Of a DNA stretch of 64,000 bases, positions 8,670-18,136 are shown one piece after another. Where the stretch lies: NCBI GenBank assembly GCA_964344305.1, contig CAYFMT010000016.1, positions 622-64,621 of the forward strand. The letters are read 5' to 3'. A model generated the notes under the pieces. The model saw only the letters and a program-made list of their open reading frames with translations, was not told the origin of the DNA and did not search any database. This stretch comes from an uncultured bacterium (GTDB lineage: Bacteria; Fidelibacterota; Marinisomatia; Marinisomatales; JABMOV01). Numbering within the stretch: the first letter of the stretch is position 1; every line of letters starts with the position of its first letter. The position numbers and the translations under genes were made by a program.

Positions 8670-10670
8670 TTACTTCATTAACACCAGTTTTTTGGTTTTC
8701 GTTTGACCTGCATAGTTCATGGTATAGAAATACACACCGCTTGCAAGGGATGAACCATCCACAGTCAATGCATGATTTCCTGTGGTCTGATGTTCATTCA
8801 CAAGAGTCTGTACTTTTGTTCCCCTGAGATCAAAAAGATCTATACTAACAACGCCATCACTCTCGATTGAATACTCAATAGAAGTGGTGGGGTTGAATGG
8901 GTTTGGATAATTTTGTGACAATGTGAAGTTTGATGGTACTTGCGTTTCATTGTCTGTAGACGCAACAGGATCCATTAAATGCCCAACATACACGCGTTGT
9001 TTGAAGTCTTCAAAGTTGGTTCCACCTACAGTGTTCACACTGAAGTCTGCCATCTGGAACATGAAGTAGGCATCTTCTTCAGTTGCGTATGGCGCGAAAT
9101 GAGGACTCATTTCAAAATTATCTTCTGTAATGGTTGATGGAGTATTGGTCACATTTCCATAGTCCGTCCAGGTCATACCGTAGTCAGTCGATTTTGATAC
9201 GTAAATATCAATATCACCGTATGTACCATTTGACGTATCATCCGCTACGGATGATGCAGCCCAGATGACACTGCCATCAGGAGACATGGCCATATCCGGA
9301 TACATATATTGCCATCCGCTGAATTCACCATAAACATAGGTGCCGTTCCATGATACGCTCATGTCCCGAACCTGTGAGGCTACCCACGTATTTTCATTTT
9401 CGGGTGTGGGATTGTAAAGATGGTACTGACCTGTTGCACCTTCGATGGATACCCAGATTGTGCTGTCTGATGCGGTAATCACCATATTTGATAAAATATG
9501 AAGTCCTCCATCATTGTCTACTTTTACATCGTAATCGTACCCTGCAAAGGCTTCATCCAATACAATCCAGGTTGTATCATCATTTTCATCAATACTGTAA
9601 AGTGAATCACCAAGAAGACCAGCATCTGTCATAATCTCATTAAGGATATCATCAGGAATGTAAGAATACCCTGATCCATCGATACCACCAGATGAAGTCC
9701 ATGTTGCGCCATAATCTTCTGTTTTCTTGTAGAAAAATGTATGAAGTGCTACTGGTCCACCGGTATCTGAATCATGGCGATAGCTTGACATTGCAACATA
9801 GCCTACACCGTTGTCATTCACATGAAATTCAGGTCCACCGGTATACCCGGAAGTGAATCCGTCATTGGGAATATCCACCAGCAAGTATGGTGCAGACATT
9901 CCAAGAAAACCAAAGAGGTAATAGTTGTTTCTAAGCAGATAATATCTGTCTGGACCCAGGCTTTCCCCAAAGAGAGCAAGCATCACTTCATAGGATCCGT
10001 TGTTGATCATCTGTGCTTGGCTGACCCAGAGATCCGGTGGATCACAGGGTAATGTCTGACAGCCAGTGTTCAGATCATAGACAGGAGATGCATAACTGCC
10101 ACCAAGCCATCCGAATTCATCGTAGGTGTACATGGCGCGACCACCATTTTCACCGCCACCGGAGCCATCTGAAGTATATTCATTCCAGACTGGGGTAGGT
10201 TGACTTGTTGCAGTACCGGCTGCACTTGGGTACCTAGCCATTGGGGCATCGGGAGTTACACCATTAGGATAGGAATAATTCAGACCGACAGCCACCTGCC
10301 AGGAACCCGCAGAACCATCCATTGATTGTGCTGCGCCCAGCTGTCCGGAAGGTCCGTCCAAACCTGCCCATTGACGGTACACAGCCAGAAGTCCTGATCC
10401 TGGTACCCATACAAGTGGGCTTGTTGTATTGGAGTACATTCCATACCCATTTTTCGATGAATCAACCAGGACGGATTCAAATGAAAAATCCCTGCTGGTA
10501 TGACGAGCAATGGGAGATGCGGGACCATAAACAGTCACCTGTTCATTGGCCGGATCTTCTGCTCGAAAATCTGATTGAAATTTGGCTGATAGTGGTTGTT
10601 GCATTTTATGCGTTTCCCCAAAGGATAACCCAACGCACAAAATTAACCCTAGTATTATCGCTTTTTTCAT
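8670..10670 (-). CDS. BNR/Asp-box repeat (sialidase-fold-like) exported protein with a T9SS C-terminal sorting domain
   Basis: Signal peptide MKKAIILGLILCVGLSFG sets the start at 10670. Asp-boxes are TEDYGATWTS and STDYGMTWTD. The CTD is QNYPNPFNPTTSIEYSI...GVYFYTM...KKLVLMK. Confidence 0.8.
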   Translation of the reverse strand: MKKAIILGLILCVGLSFGETHKMQQPLSAKFQSDFRAEDPANEQVTVYGPASPIARHTSRDFSFESVLVDSSKNGYGMYSNTTSPLVWVPGSGLLAVYRQWAGLDGPSGQLGAAQSMDGSAGSWQVAVGLNYSYPNGVTPDAPMARYPSAAGTATSQPTPVWNEYTSDGSGGGENGGRAMYTYDEFGWLGGSYASPVYDLNTGCQTLPCDPPDLWVSQAQMINNGSYEVMLALFGESLGPDRYYLLRNNYYLFGFLGMSAPYLLVDIPNDGFTSGYTGGPEFHVNDNGVGYVAMSSYRHDSDTGGPVALHTFFYKKTEDYGATWTSSGGIDGSGYSYIPDDILNEIMTDAGLLGDSLYSIDENDDTTWIVLDEAFAGYDYDVKVDNDGGLHILSNMVITASDSTIWVSIEGATGQYHLYNPTPENENTWVASQVRDMSVSWNGTYVYGEFSGWQYMYPDMAMSPDGSVIWAASSVADDTSNGTYGDIDIYVSKSTDYGMTWTDYGNVTNTPSTITEDNFEMSPHFAPYATEEDAYFMFQMADFSVNTVGGTNFEDFKQRVYVGHLMDPVASTDNETQVPSNFTLSQNYPNPFNPTTSIEYSIESDGVVSIDLFDLRGTKVQTLVNEHQTTGNHALTVDGSSLASGVYFYTMNYAGQTKTKKLVLMK

Positions 10671-10786
10671 AGTTGCTAACTCCAGTCTATTTAAAAATAT
10701 GCCTTTATAAATTGTCGATGAAAGTAATCTTAAGTCGGGCACATGTCAAGTGCCAGAACTGTAATTAGTGTTTCATGTGACCTGAA

Positions 10787-11918
10787 CCTTAAAATTCGAA
10801 ATTGAGACCGAACTGGTGAGTGGGTTCAATGGTGGAATTACCTACAAATGCATAATCTACCGATAAGGCAGATCCACCAAGCTGGACATTCACTCCACCT
10901 CCTACGGCCATCCCCATGGTATCATGATTCAAATGACTCCCACAACGGATAAATGCAAACTCGCCATATCCATATTCTAATCCAACACTGCCATGCATCA
11001 CATAATCATTGGACTTGATCCCATCCACCGCCACTGTCAGGCGATGAACATCACTCTTGATGAAATGGCTCTCCTTACCCATGATATCATTGGAGACTCC
11101 AATACGGAACGTCAATGGCAATGGGAATGATTCTGTGACCTTATGCAACTGTCCATCAGGATCAATACTGTCAGGTACTGTCTCTACAAGTCCTTCTCCA
11201 TGATACTGTACTTCTGGTCCAAAATTCGTCACACTCATCCCAAGGTTAAATCCATACAAACCTGTGTCAAAGTTTGAACCAATATCAAAAGCCACTCCCT
11301 GCATGTATACCGTATAGATATCATCACGGATATAATCCAAGCTCATGCCGATCTTCAACCTGTCTGTCATTTGACGGGCATACACTATCTTCAGGGATTT
11401 ACTCGATACATTGAACTTCTCCCCTGTCCCATCTGGATACACTTCATTCGTCACATCCATGGGACCACTGTCCAACCAGAACAGGTGAATACCAAAATAA
11501 TCTGAACCGGATAACCGTACACCATAGGCCAGTACATTATGACTGATGCCTACCATATACTCTGTGCGGGAAAAATACGTCTCCATGTTCTTTACATGGC
11601 CCACAGATGCAGGGTTATAGGGAATACCCTGGACACCCCTGCCATTGGACGTGAATGTCCCTGCCATACCGATGGCGCGGGCTCCTGTCTCCAGTTTTAA
11701 GTAGTTCCCTGCTGACTGGGCGACCTTACTCACCACATCTGGAATATCAGGATACTGCCCTAATACCAGTGAAAGAAAAACTGCTGCTGTTATGGATCGT
11801 CGTATACTCATTACCGCACCACCGCAAATTTGCCTACATGTTTCTTGTCATCACTCTCCACCACATAGATATATAATCCCGGCGCTATCTCCTGGTTGTT
11901 CTCACTGCGAAGATTCCA
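10787..11918. repeat. 1132-bp direct repeat, copy A (PorV-like gene plus the 3' 108 nt of the upstream cargo gene)
   Basis: It matches 14015-15146 at an offset of 3228 nt with no difference found. The 340-aa sense ORFs are identical. The 73-aa antisense ORFs are also identical. Spot-checked nucleotide lines match. Boundaries are fixed by the first mismatches at 10786/14014 and 11919/15147. Confidence 0.9.
10789..11811 (-). CDS. PorV/PorQ-family-like outer-membrane beta-barrel, copy 1
   Basis: 340 aa with a signal peptide. The N-terminal motif NYLKLETGARAIGMAGTFTS...IPYNPASVG is typical of PorV/PorQ-type T9SS barrels. The sequence has an alternating beta-strand pattern and ends ...FGLNFEF. 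Its ATG overlaps the upstream stop (TAATG). Confidence 0.7.
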   Translation of the reverse strand: MSIRRSITAAVFLSLVLGQYPDIPDVVSKVAQSAGNYLKLETGARAIGMAGTFTSNGRGVQGIPYNPASVGHVKNMETYFSRTEYMVGISHNVLAYGVRLSGSDYFGIHLFWLDSGPMDVTNEVYPDGTGEKFNVSSKSLKIVYARQMTDRLKIGMSLDYIRDDIYTVYMQGVAFDIGSNFDTGLYGFNLGMSVTNFGPEVQYHGEGLVETVPDSIDPDGQLHKVTESFPLPLTFRIGVSNDIMGKESHFIKSDVHRLTVAVDGIKSNDYVMHGSVGLEYGYGEFAFIRCGSHLNHDTMGMAVGGGVNVQLGGSALSVDYAFVGNSTIEPTHQFGLNFEF

Positions 11919-14003
11919 CCAGAGATTTCCATCAAAATCATTATCATGCTCCAGCGCTACGACTCTTTCACCATAGGCAGTAAATATCTGAATTCTACAT
12001 TTTTGCGGCAGGTGCGTAAACCGAAGCCTTCTTGTATCTGCTGATTCATTAAATGCAGACCGTACAATATATGGATTTGGAACAACAGAAATGGTTTCTA
12101 GCTCATCCTGTGTCACTTCATGAGGTCTTCCAAGAGCAGACATATCAGCAAGCCAACTGTCCCCATCATTAAAGAATTTCTTGGTTTTGATGATGACAAA
12201 ATCGCCATTTCTCCAGGGATAATGAGGTTTCCAAGGGTTCTCATTGATACCATCGCTGTCGTTATCTATAAACTCCTGTGGGGTGATGCTACTTGTAATA
12301 ATTTCGGAAGCACGCCAGATCATTCCTTCATAAGTCACCCTGTCGCCGGGGTTGTACGTAATCCCCGCTGACCAGGCTGTGTCCAGTACAGGGAATGCCA
12401 CGTCATAATTGTACTCTATATACAAATTGTAAGTGGTTTGTGACCTGAGTGTACCACCTACATTAAGTGTGTCTGCCCTGAAGGTCAGTTTTTCATTGGA
12501 TGTCCAATAGCAATCCTGATAGCCAGGATCTGGGTTACTGGGATCCGGGGTTCCGAACAATCCAAGATCAGAATGGAAAATTCCAATTGGTTTTCCAGTA
12601 GTCATATTGGTGATCTTAAACGGCAACTCTGCCTTTAACAATGGAAATTCACCAATACATCCATTAGGTGGAATTGTGGCCAGCACAGTATCAACAGTAG
12701 AAGAAGAAAATTCAATTTTGTAATCAAAACCCGGCTTCAACTGATAGGCATTTGAATTAAAGTACTCCAATTCAAAATTCAGGGCACCAATGACTGAACT
12801 GTCTGCATTCCATTCCAATTCATGAATGGGTGAAAAATCTTCCTCTAAATCGATAATAGATTGAGGAGGATTTTCAAACTTTACTCGAATGCCATCGAAT
12901 ACGGTACTCCAGAAATTCTGTGGACCATTTGTGGGTTGAACAATGGCTTTATAATTAGGAACATACACCGTTCCACCGTTTAATTCCGCGCCCGGGAGAT
13001 TCATCAATGTATCAATGGCACCAGCTGAATAGGCAGTTGTGTCATACCCAATCACGTCCACAGCGCGCTGGGAAACAGAATCATCCACTGCATACACATA
13101 CACATATGGATCTCTATTTGCCATTTCCTCCACAGGGTTGGATGGCAGCCATGCATTCACTTCAAATTTGATAAGATCAGAAACCAGGTCATCCTTATCC
13201 GCAACAAAATAATCTATGGGTCCGTTGCCTGAATTGTTGTCATCAGGAACGATAAAGCTGGAAATATCATCGGGATCGGGAAAAGTAATATTACTTGAAT
13301 TATACCCGGGGATAACGGTAGCAAAGTTTCGGTCGAGATTGCTGGTGCCCAGAGGAGATTCGAGGCTTTTATACCCGTTACCTTCTGCATCTGTAACATA
13401 TCGATCGGGATTGGTTTTCACCCACATGGTATCGGCATCAAAAAATCCATCACCATCTGGATCTGAATATTCAATGGTAAACGTACGCAGGCCCAGATCA
13501 AAGGCTGTAACACAATAGGTGTATTCAATGCCATCAAATACATCTTCATCAATAAACCCATTGGCCAAGCCTGTATTTTCTCCTATTGAATATCGTATAT
13601 TGTACGGATCAGGTCCTGTGTAACTTGTGTCTCGAGTCAATCCATTCCCACAGTCAGTGTAGGAATAAATACAATGATCTTCATCCTCTTCCTGACTGAG
13701 GTCAAATTGTGCATAGGGTCGCCAACCAACAGTGTCCCCGTTGAAATCGTACATAACGTCCGAAGAAGAGCCCCATGTTTTTCCGCCATCGATGCTTCTG
13801 TAAACACGGTACCCCTCAAAATCTGCATAGCCGGTAGCACTATCGATGGATGTCTGTGCAATATTATCCCAGGATACAAATATTTTTCCATGCTCTACAG
13901 TGGCATACAGGGTTGGTGTTTCAGGAGGTGTCATATCGGCAGGATCAATCAGTGTCTGGGACCAACCAAATGATAGCAGTAATAAACCAAGTATTCTTTT
14001 CAT
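11811..14003 (-). CDS. exported 730-aa protein with an FN3-like module and a variant T9SS-like CTD (paralogue of the C-terminal part of the 1029-aa protein)
   Basis: Signal peptide MKRILGLLLLSFGWSQ sets the start at 14003. The module GYADFEGYRVYRSIDGGKTWG is shared with the 15039-18128 product. The CTD is VVPNPYIVRSAFNE...RLRFTHLP...IAPGLYIYVVESDDKKHVGKFAVVR. Confidence 0.8.
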   Translation of the reverse strand: MKRILGLLLLSFGWSQTLIDPADMTPPETPTLYATVEHGKIFVSWDNIAQTSIDSATGYADFEGYRVYRSIDGGKTWGSSSDVMYDFNGDTVGWRPYAQFDLSQEEDEDHCIYSYTDCGNGLTRDTSYTGPDPYNIRYSIGENTGLANGFIDEDVFDGIEYTYCVTAFDLGLRTFTIEYSDPDGDGFFDADTMWVKTNPDRYVTDAEGNGYKSLESPLGTSNLDRNFATVIPGYNSSNITFPDPDDISSFIVPDDNNSGNGPIDYFVADKDDLVSDLIKFEVNAWLPSNPVEEMANRDPYVYVYAVDDSVSQRAVDVIGYDTTAYSAGAIDTLMNLPGAELNGGTVYVPNYKAIVQPTNGPQNFWSTVFDGIRVKFENPPQSIIDLEEDFSPIHELEWNADSSVIGALNFELEYFNSNAYQLKPGFDYKIEFSSSTVDTVLATIPPNGCIGEFPLLKAELPFKITNMTTGKPIGIFHSDLGLFGTPDPSNPDPGYQDCYWTSNEKLTFRADTLNVGGTLRSQTTYNLYIEYNYDVAFPVLDTAWSAGITYNPGDRVTYEGMIWRASEIITSSITPQEFIDNDSDGINENPWKPHYPWRNGDFVIIKTKKFFNDGDSWLADMSALGRPHEVTQDELETISVVPNPYIVRSAFNESADTRRLRFTHLPQKCRIQIFTAYGERVVALEHDNDFDGNLWWNLRSENNQEIAPGLYIYVVESDDKKHVGKFAVVR

Positions 14004-14014
14004 ATTCAATCGTG

Positions 14015-15146
14015 CCTTAAAATTCGAAATTGAGACCGAACTGGTGAGTGGGTTCAATGGTGGAATTACCTACAAATGCATAATCTACCGATAAGGCAGA
14101 TCCACCAAGCTGGACATTCACTCCACCTCCTACGGCCATCCCCATGGTATCATGATTCAAATGACTCCCACAACGGATAAATGCAAACTCGCCATATCCA
14201 TATTCTAATCCAACACTGCCATGCATCACATAATCATTGGACTTGATCCCATCCACCGCCACTGTCAGGCGATGAACATCACTCTTGATGAAATGGCTCT
14301 CCTTACCCATGATATCATTGGAGACTCCAATACGGAACGTCAATGGCAATGGGAATGATTCTGTGACCTTATGCAACTGTCCATCAGGATCAATACTGTC
14401 AGGTACTGTCTCTACAAGTCCTTCTCCATGATACTGTACTTCTGGTCCAAAATTCGTCACACTCATCCCAAGGTTAAATCCATACAAACCTGTGTCAAAG
14501 TTTGAACCAATATCAAAAGCCACTCCCTGCATGTATACCGTATAGATATCATCACGGATATAATCCAAGCTCATGCCGATCTTCAACCTGTCTGTCATTT
14601 GACGGGCATACACTATCTTCAGGGATTTACTCGATACATTGAACTTCTCCCCTGTCCCATCTGGATACACTTCATTCGTCACATCCATGGGACCACTGTC
14701 CAACCAGAACAGGTGAATACCAAAATAATCTGAACCGGATAACCGTACACCATAGGCCAGTACATTATGACTGATGCCTACCATATACTCTGTGCGGGAA
14801 AAATACGTCTCCATGTTCTTTACATGGCCCACAGATGCAGGGTTATAGGGAATACCCTGGACACCCCTGCCATTGGACGTGAATGTCCCTGCCATACCGA
14901 TGGCGCGGGCTCCTGTCTCCAGTTTTAAGTAGTTCCCTGCTGACTGGGCGACCTTACTCACCACATCTGGAATATCAGGATACTGCCCTAATACCAGTGA
15001 AAGAAAAACTGCTGCTGTTATGGATCGTCGTATACTCATTACCGCACCACCGCAAATTTGCCTACATGTTTCTTGTCATCACTCTCCACCACATAGATAT
15101 ATAATCCCGGCGCTATCTCCTGGTTGTTCTCACTGCGAAGATTCCA
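14015..15146. repeat. 1132-bp direct repeat, copy B
   Basis: See copy A (10787-11918). Confidence 0.9.
14017..15039 (-). CDS. PorV/PorQ-family-like outer-membrane beta-barrel, copy 2 (identical to copy 1)
   Basis: The 340-aa product is identical to that of 10789-11811, with the same TAATG overlap with the upstream cargo stop. Confidence 0.7.
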   Translation of the reverse strand: MSIRRSITAAVFLSLVLGQYPDIPDVVSKVAQSAGNYLKLETGARAIGMAGTFTSNGRGVQGIPYNPASVGHVKNMETYFSRTEYMVGISHNVLAYGVRLSGSDYFGIHLFWLDSGPMDVTNEVYPDGTGEKFNVSSKSLKIVYARQMTDRLKIGMSLDYIRDDIYTVYMQGVAFDIGSNFDTGLYGFNLGMSVTNFGPEVQYHGEGLVETVPDSIDPDGQLHKVTESFPLPLTFRIGVSNDIMGKESHFIKSDVHRLTVAVDGIKSNDYVMHGSVGLEYGYGEFAFIRCGSHLNHDTMGMAVGGGVNVQLGGSALSVDYAFVGNSTIEPTHQFGLNFEF

Positions 15147-18128
15147 GAAAACCGCACCCACATTGGGATCATCGTGCTCAATGGTATTCACATATTCTCC
15201 ATTAACGGTGTACACATGAATGGTGGCCTGTTCCGGTAGATTGGTAAACCGGATAGATCGTCTTACTTCTGATTCATTCATTCTGGAATGAACGATATAC
15301 GGATTGGGGACCACATTAACATTGCTCAAATCAACCTGAGGACTGGATCCGGGATACACCGTTACAAAATTGGGATCCAGAATGGTGGTCCCCCGGGAGT
15401 TTTCAATGGATGAATAGCCATGTGGTGTTGACCAGTGATCAGGATTTGCCTGAGACCAGATTGTATCAGGGTCAAATCCGCCCTGATTGCTGTCATAATT
15501 CCAGTCGATGACATAATCCGAATCCACGCCCATATCATAGGCTGTCACTGAGTAGGTATAAGCCAGGCCATCTACAACCTGTGTATCCACCCAATAATAA
15601 TTGTATTCCTTGCCATTGATGACCGTATCCTTGCGAATGGATTCAAATCCGGTGTTCGACCCCAAACTGAACCAGGGTGCATGGGGATCAGGACCTGCCA
15701 CATCACGACCACGTATGTCACCGGAATCACAGGAATCAGGAGCATAGATACAATGGGTAGAATCTTCCTCTACGCTCAAATCATATTGTGCAACAGGTTG
15801 CCAGCCAACATGAATATTTCTATTGTCGAGAATCTTCTTATCCGGTGTTCCCCAGGTGGAACCTTCATCGGTGCTTTTGTAAATCTTGTACCCTTCAAAA
15901 TCCGCATAGCCTGTTACCACATCCTTGGATGCTTCTGCGATATCGTCCCAGTAAAGGGTGACCCTGCCCGTTTCAATGCGCGCAAGTACATTAGGTCTGG
16001 TCGGTGGAGTATATCCCTGGTAATGAGAATTGTACATGATCTGGGCAAACTTTGCATTGGCTTTCAGGTCTTGCTCATTCTGTCCAAATATGATACAAAA
16101 AGAAAATGGTACTTCTTCACCCACCGGGAAATCAAACGGACCACAGCTCATGATCAACACACAGTCCAGTCCATCCGGTGCAAATTCTTCCAATCCCTCT
16201 AGGGAATCAAAATGTGGATTGAGGTTGATATCCAGATCTGTTTCCTCGTTGGGGGTATGGAAATGCCAGGATTTTTCATCGTCTGTTAAATTGGTTGTGT
16301 CTCCGGAAATCACTTTCAATAGAATTTCTTCTTTATTAAGTGCCTGAGGTCTTCCAGGAGCACCAGCGCAGCAGTTTCCATTGCTTTCACCGGTGACTAC
16401 ACCGGGACGATTGTACCAGTCAAACCAGTGCCAGTCCGTCATTTTTAGTTTTTCCCCGGGATAAATATCAACAATCCCATCAAGATTTAAATCCACTTCC
16501 GTGGTGGCCAAAGGTGAATCCAGAAGCTGGGTTGCCACCATCCCCATATCCGTTACACCGTTGCTGTTTCCATCCTTGTCCTCAATGATGGCCATACTGA
16601 CACGTAACAGCTGTCCATTGACCTCGACACAGGGTTCTGTTGTATCTGTCAGACAGTCGTAATATCTCATAAAATCATCTGCATTGGTGTGTGGCCAAAA
16701 GCTACCATTTATATCCGTGGATAATACATCAGCATCCATGTAAAACCCGAGATACACACCTTTATAATCGAATCCCTTGCCCCGGTTCAGCTTGGTACCA
16801 TCAGGCATAATCATTCCTTCATGGGAAACACCATTTTCATCGACCCAGTCGCCGCTTTCATTGCGAACCTGGACTGTGACGAACATGATATCCTCAGCAT
16901 AGGCAACACCGTATGAATGGGCTGCAGACATAACACGAAGCCCCAGTGGATAACCAGTCTGGAGGTACTCATTATTGGTATTCACAAGATTTCCACGGTG
17001 AGCCCATCTGTCATCAAATTCCATATACACATCTGTGTCGGAGATAAAACGTCCTTCAACAGGTTCCCAGCAATCGGGATCTGCACGATTCCCGGTACAA
17101 CCATCAGGCCACTCAGAAGGATCGAGTGCACCCAGATAATCCTCTGCCCACCATCCGGGCCAAAACGCTTCCGTTGCCCCCGTTTCCTCATTCATGCGCG
17201 TGGGCCATGTCTGGGAATAATTGCTGTGAGCAAGCAAAGGATAAGGGTCGTCACTATCGGTGAAAGGTGTATCACCAAATATATCTCCTGCAGAGATAAT
17301 GGTATTGTGTGTATTCTCCCGTGCTTTCGTGGAGGCATGCCAGTCAGTATTATTGCTCGGATTGTAGCGGGTAAACCAGGACTCCAGTGACGTGGCTCCA
17401 TAGAACACATAACGGTCATCTTCTGTCCATTCTTCCTTGTCTTCACCATAATCATAAATGTCAAATTCACTGGTTCGTTCTTTCAAAGCTGGTCGCAAAC
17501 CCCAGGGATATATTAACCCGATACGCGATGTAGACTTGTTTGGGTCTTTTGTGCGTTCTTCAAGTGCCTCAACTCCCAGAAAAATCCGTTCTCCGCCCGG
17601 GTCAATCCCCCACTGGTAAATATTGTCAATAGAAGTCATGGATGTTTTTTCTTCGCCAACAACACCGCGGTCATCTTCATAATCAAACACTATGCCTACA
17701 AACGTTGTATCCCCATCGTCAAACCAGGCATCGTAAGCATCCTCTGAAGCAAACACCTTAATGGTATTGTTATTGGACCCGGGGTTTTCCTGGACTTCGT
17801 CCCAGGTAAACCGGCTGGTATACAGTTGACCTGCTACACCTGCCACAAATCCAACGTGAGGCAGATAGGTGAAATCACCCCAAAGGCCAGCAGGATGTAC
17901 ATCCCAGTCAATATAGTTCCCATAGTTTCCTATGGCGTTTTTAACCTTGCCCTGTAGGAGATACCCGCGAGCACGATCATTCATTGGATTTGTTGGAAAT
18001 GGATGATCCCCAATCCTCTCGGTAGATGATGGGATTCTATGTTGTTCAACATAGTTTTCAGGTTCCCTTGGCTCAGACCCAGAGAGAATCATTGATAAAA
18101 GCGTGAAGGGTATTAAAATTCGTTTCAT
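15039..18128 (-). CDS. exported 1029-aa protein of unknown function with an FN3-like module and a variant T9SS-like CTD
   Basis: Signal peptide MKRILIPFTLLSMILSG. I recognised no catalytic motif. The C-terminal third is homologous to the 730-aa protein (GYADFEGYKIYKSTDEGSTWG). The CTD is VVPNPYIVHSRMNE...IRFTNLP...GKFAVVR. Confidence 0.8.
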   Translation of the reverse strand: MKRILIPFTLLSMILSGSEPREPENYVEQHRIPSSTERIGDHPFPTNPMNDRARGYLLQGKVKNAIGNYGNYIDWDVHPAGLWGDFTYLPHVGFVAGVAGQLYTSRFTWDEVQENPGSNNNTIKVFASEDAYDAWFDDGDTTFVGIVFDYEDDRGVVGEEKTSMTSIDNIYQWGIDPGGERIFLGVEALEERTKDPNKSTSRIGLIYPWGLRPALKERTSEFDIYDYGEDKEEWTEDDRYVFYGATSLESWFTRYNPSNNTDWHASTKARENTHNTIISAGDIFGDTPFTDSDDPYPLLAHSNYSQTWPTRMNEETGATEAFWPGWWAEDYLGALDPSEWPDGCTGNRADPDCWEPVEGRFISDTDVYMEFDDRWAHRGNLVNTNNEYLQTGYPLGLRVMSAAHSYGVAYAEDIMFVTVQVRNESGDWVDENGVSHEGMIMPDGTKLNRGKGFDYKGVYLGFYMDADVLSTDINGSFWPHTNADDFMRYYDCLTDTTEPCVEVNGQLLRVSMAIIEDKDGNSNGVTDMGMVATQLLDSPLATTEVDLNLDGIVDIYPGEKLKMTDWHWFDWYNRPGVVTGESNGNCCAGAPGRPQALNKEEILLKVISGDTTNLTDDEKSWHFHTPNEETDLDINLNPHFDSLEGLEEFAPDGLDCVLIMSCGPFDFPVGEEVPFSFCIIFGQNEQDLKANAKFAQIMYNSHYQGYTPPTRPNVLARIETGRVTLYWDDIAEASKDVVTGYADFEGYKIYKSTDEGSTWGTPDKKILDNRNIHVGWQPVAQYDLSVEEDSTHCIYAPDSCDSGDIRGRDVAGPDPHAPWFSLGSNTGFESIRKDTVINGKEYNYYWVDTQVVDGLAYTYSVTAYDMGVDSDYVIDWNYDSNQGGFDPDTIWSQANPDHWSTPHGYSSIENSRGTTILDPNFVTVYPGSSPQVDLSNVNVVPNPYIVHSRMNESEVRRSIRFTNLPEQATIHVYTVNGEYVNTIEHDDPNVGAVFWNLRSENNQEIAPGLYIYVVESDDKKHVGKFAVVR

Positions 18129-18136
18129 AATTATGC

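Noticed and set aside
10743-10788. A short GGCAC-7 nt-GTGCC hairpin after the distal PorV-like gene, as a terminator.
   Set aside because: The stem is only 5 bp with no T-tract on the minus strand. This is too weak to call.
10787-11918. The 1.13-kb perfect repeat as an insertion sequence or other mobile element.
   Set aside because: It encodes an outer-membrane barrel plus the tail of the adjacent cargo. I saw no transposase, no terminal inverted repeats and no target-site duplication. Both copies sit at equivalent positions of a tandem paralogous cassette.
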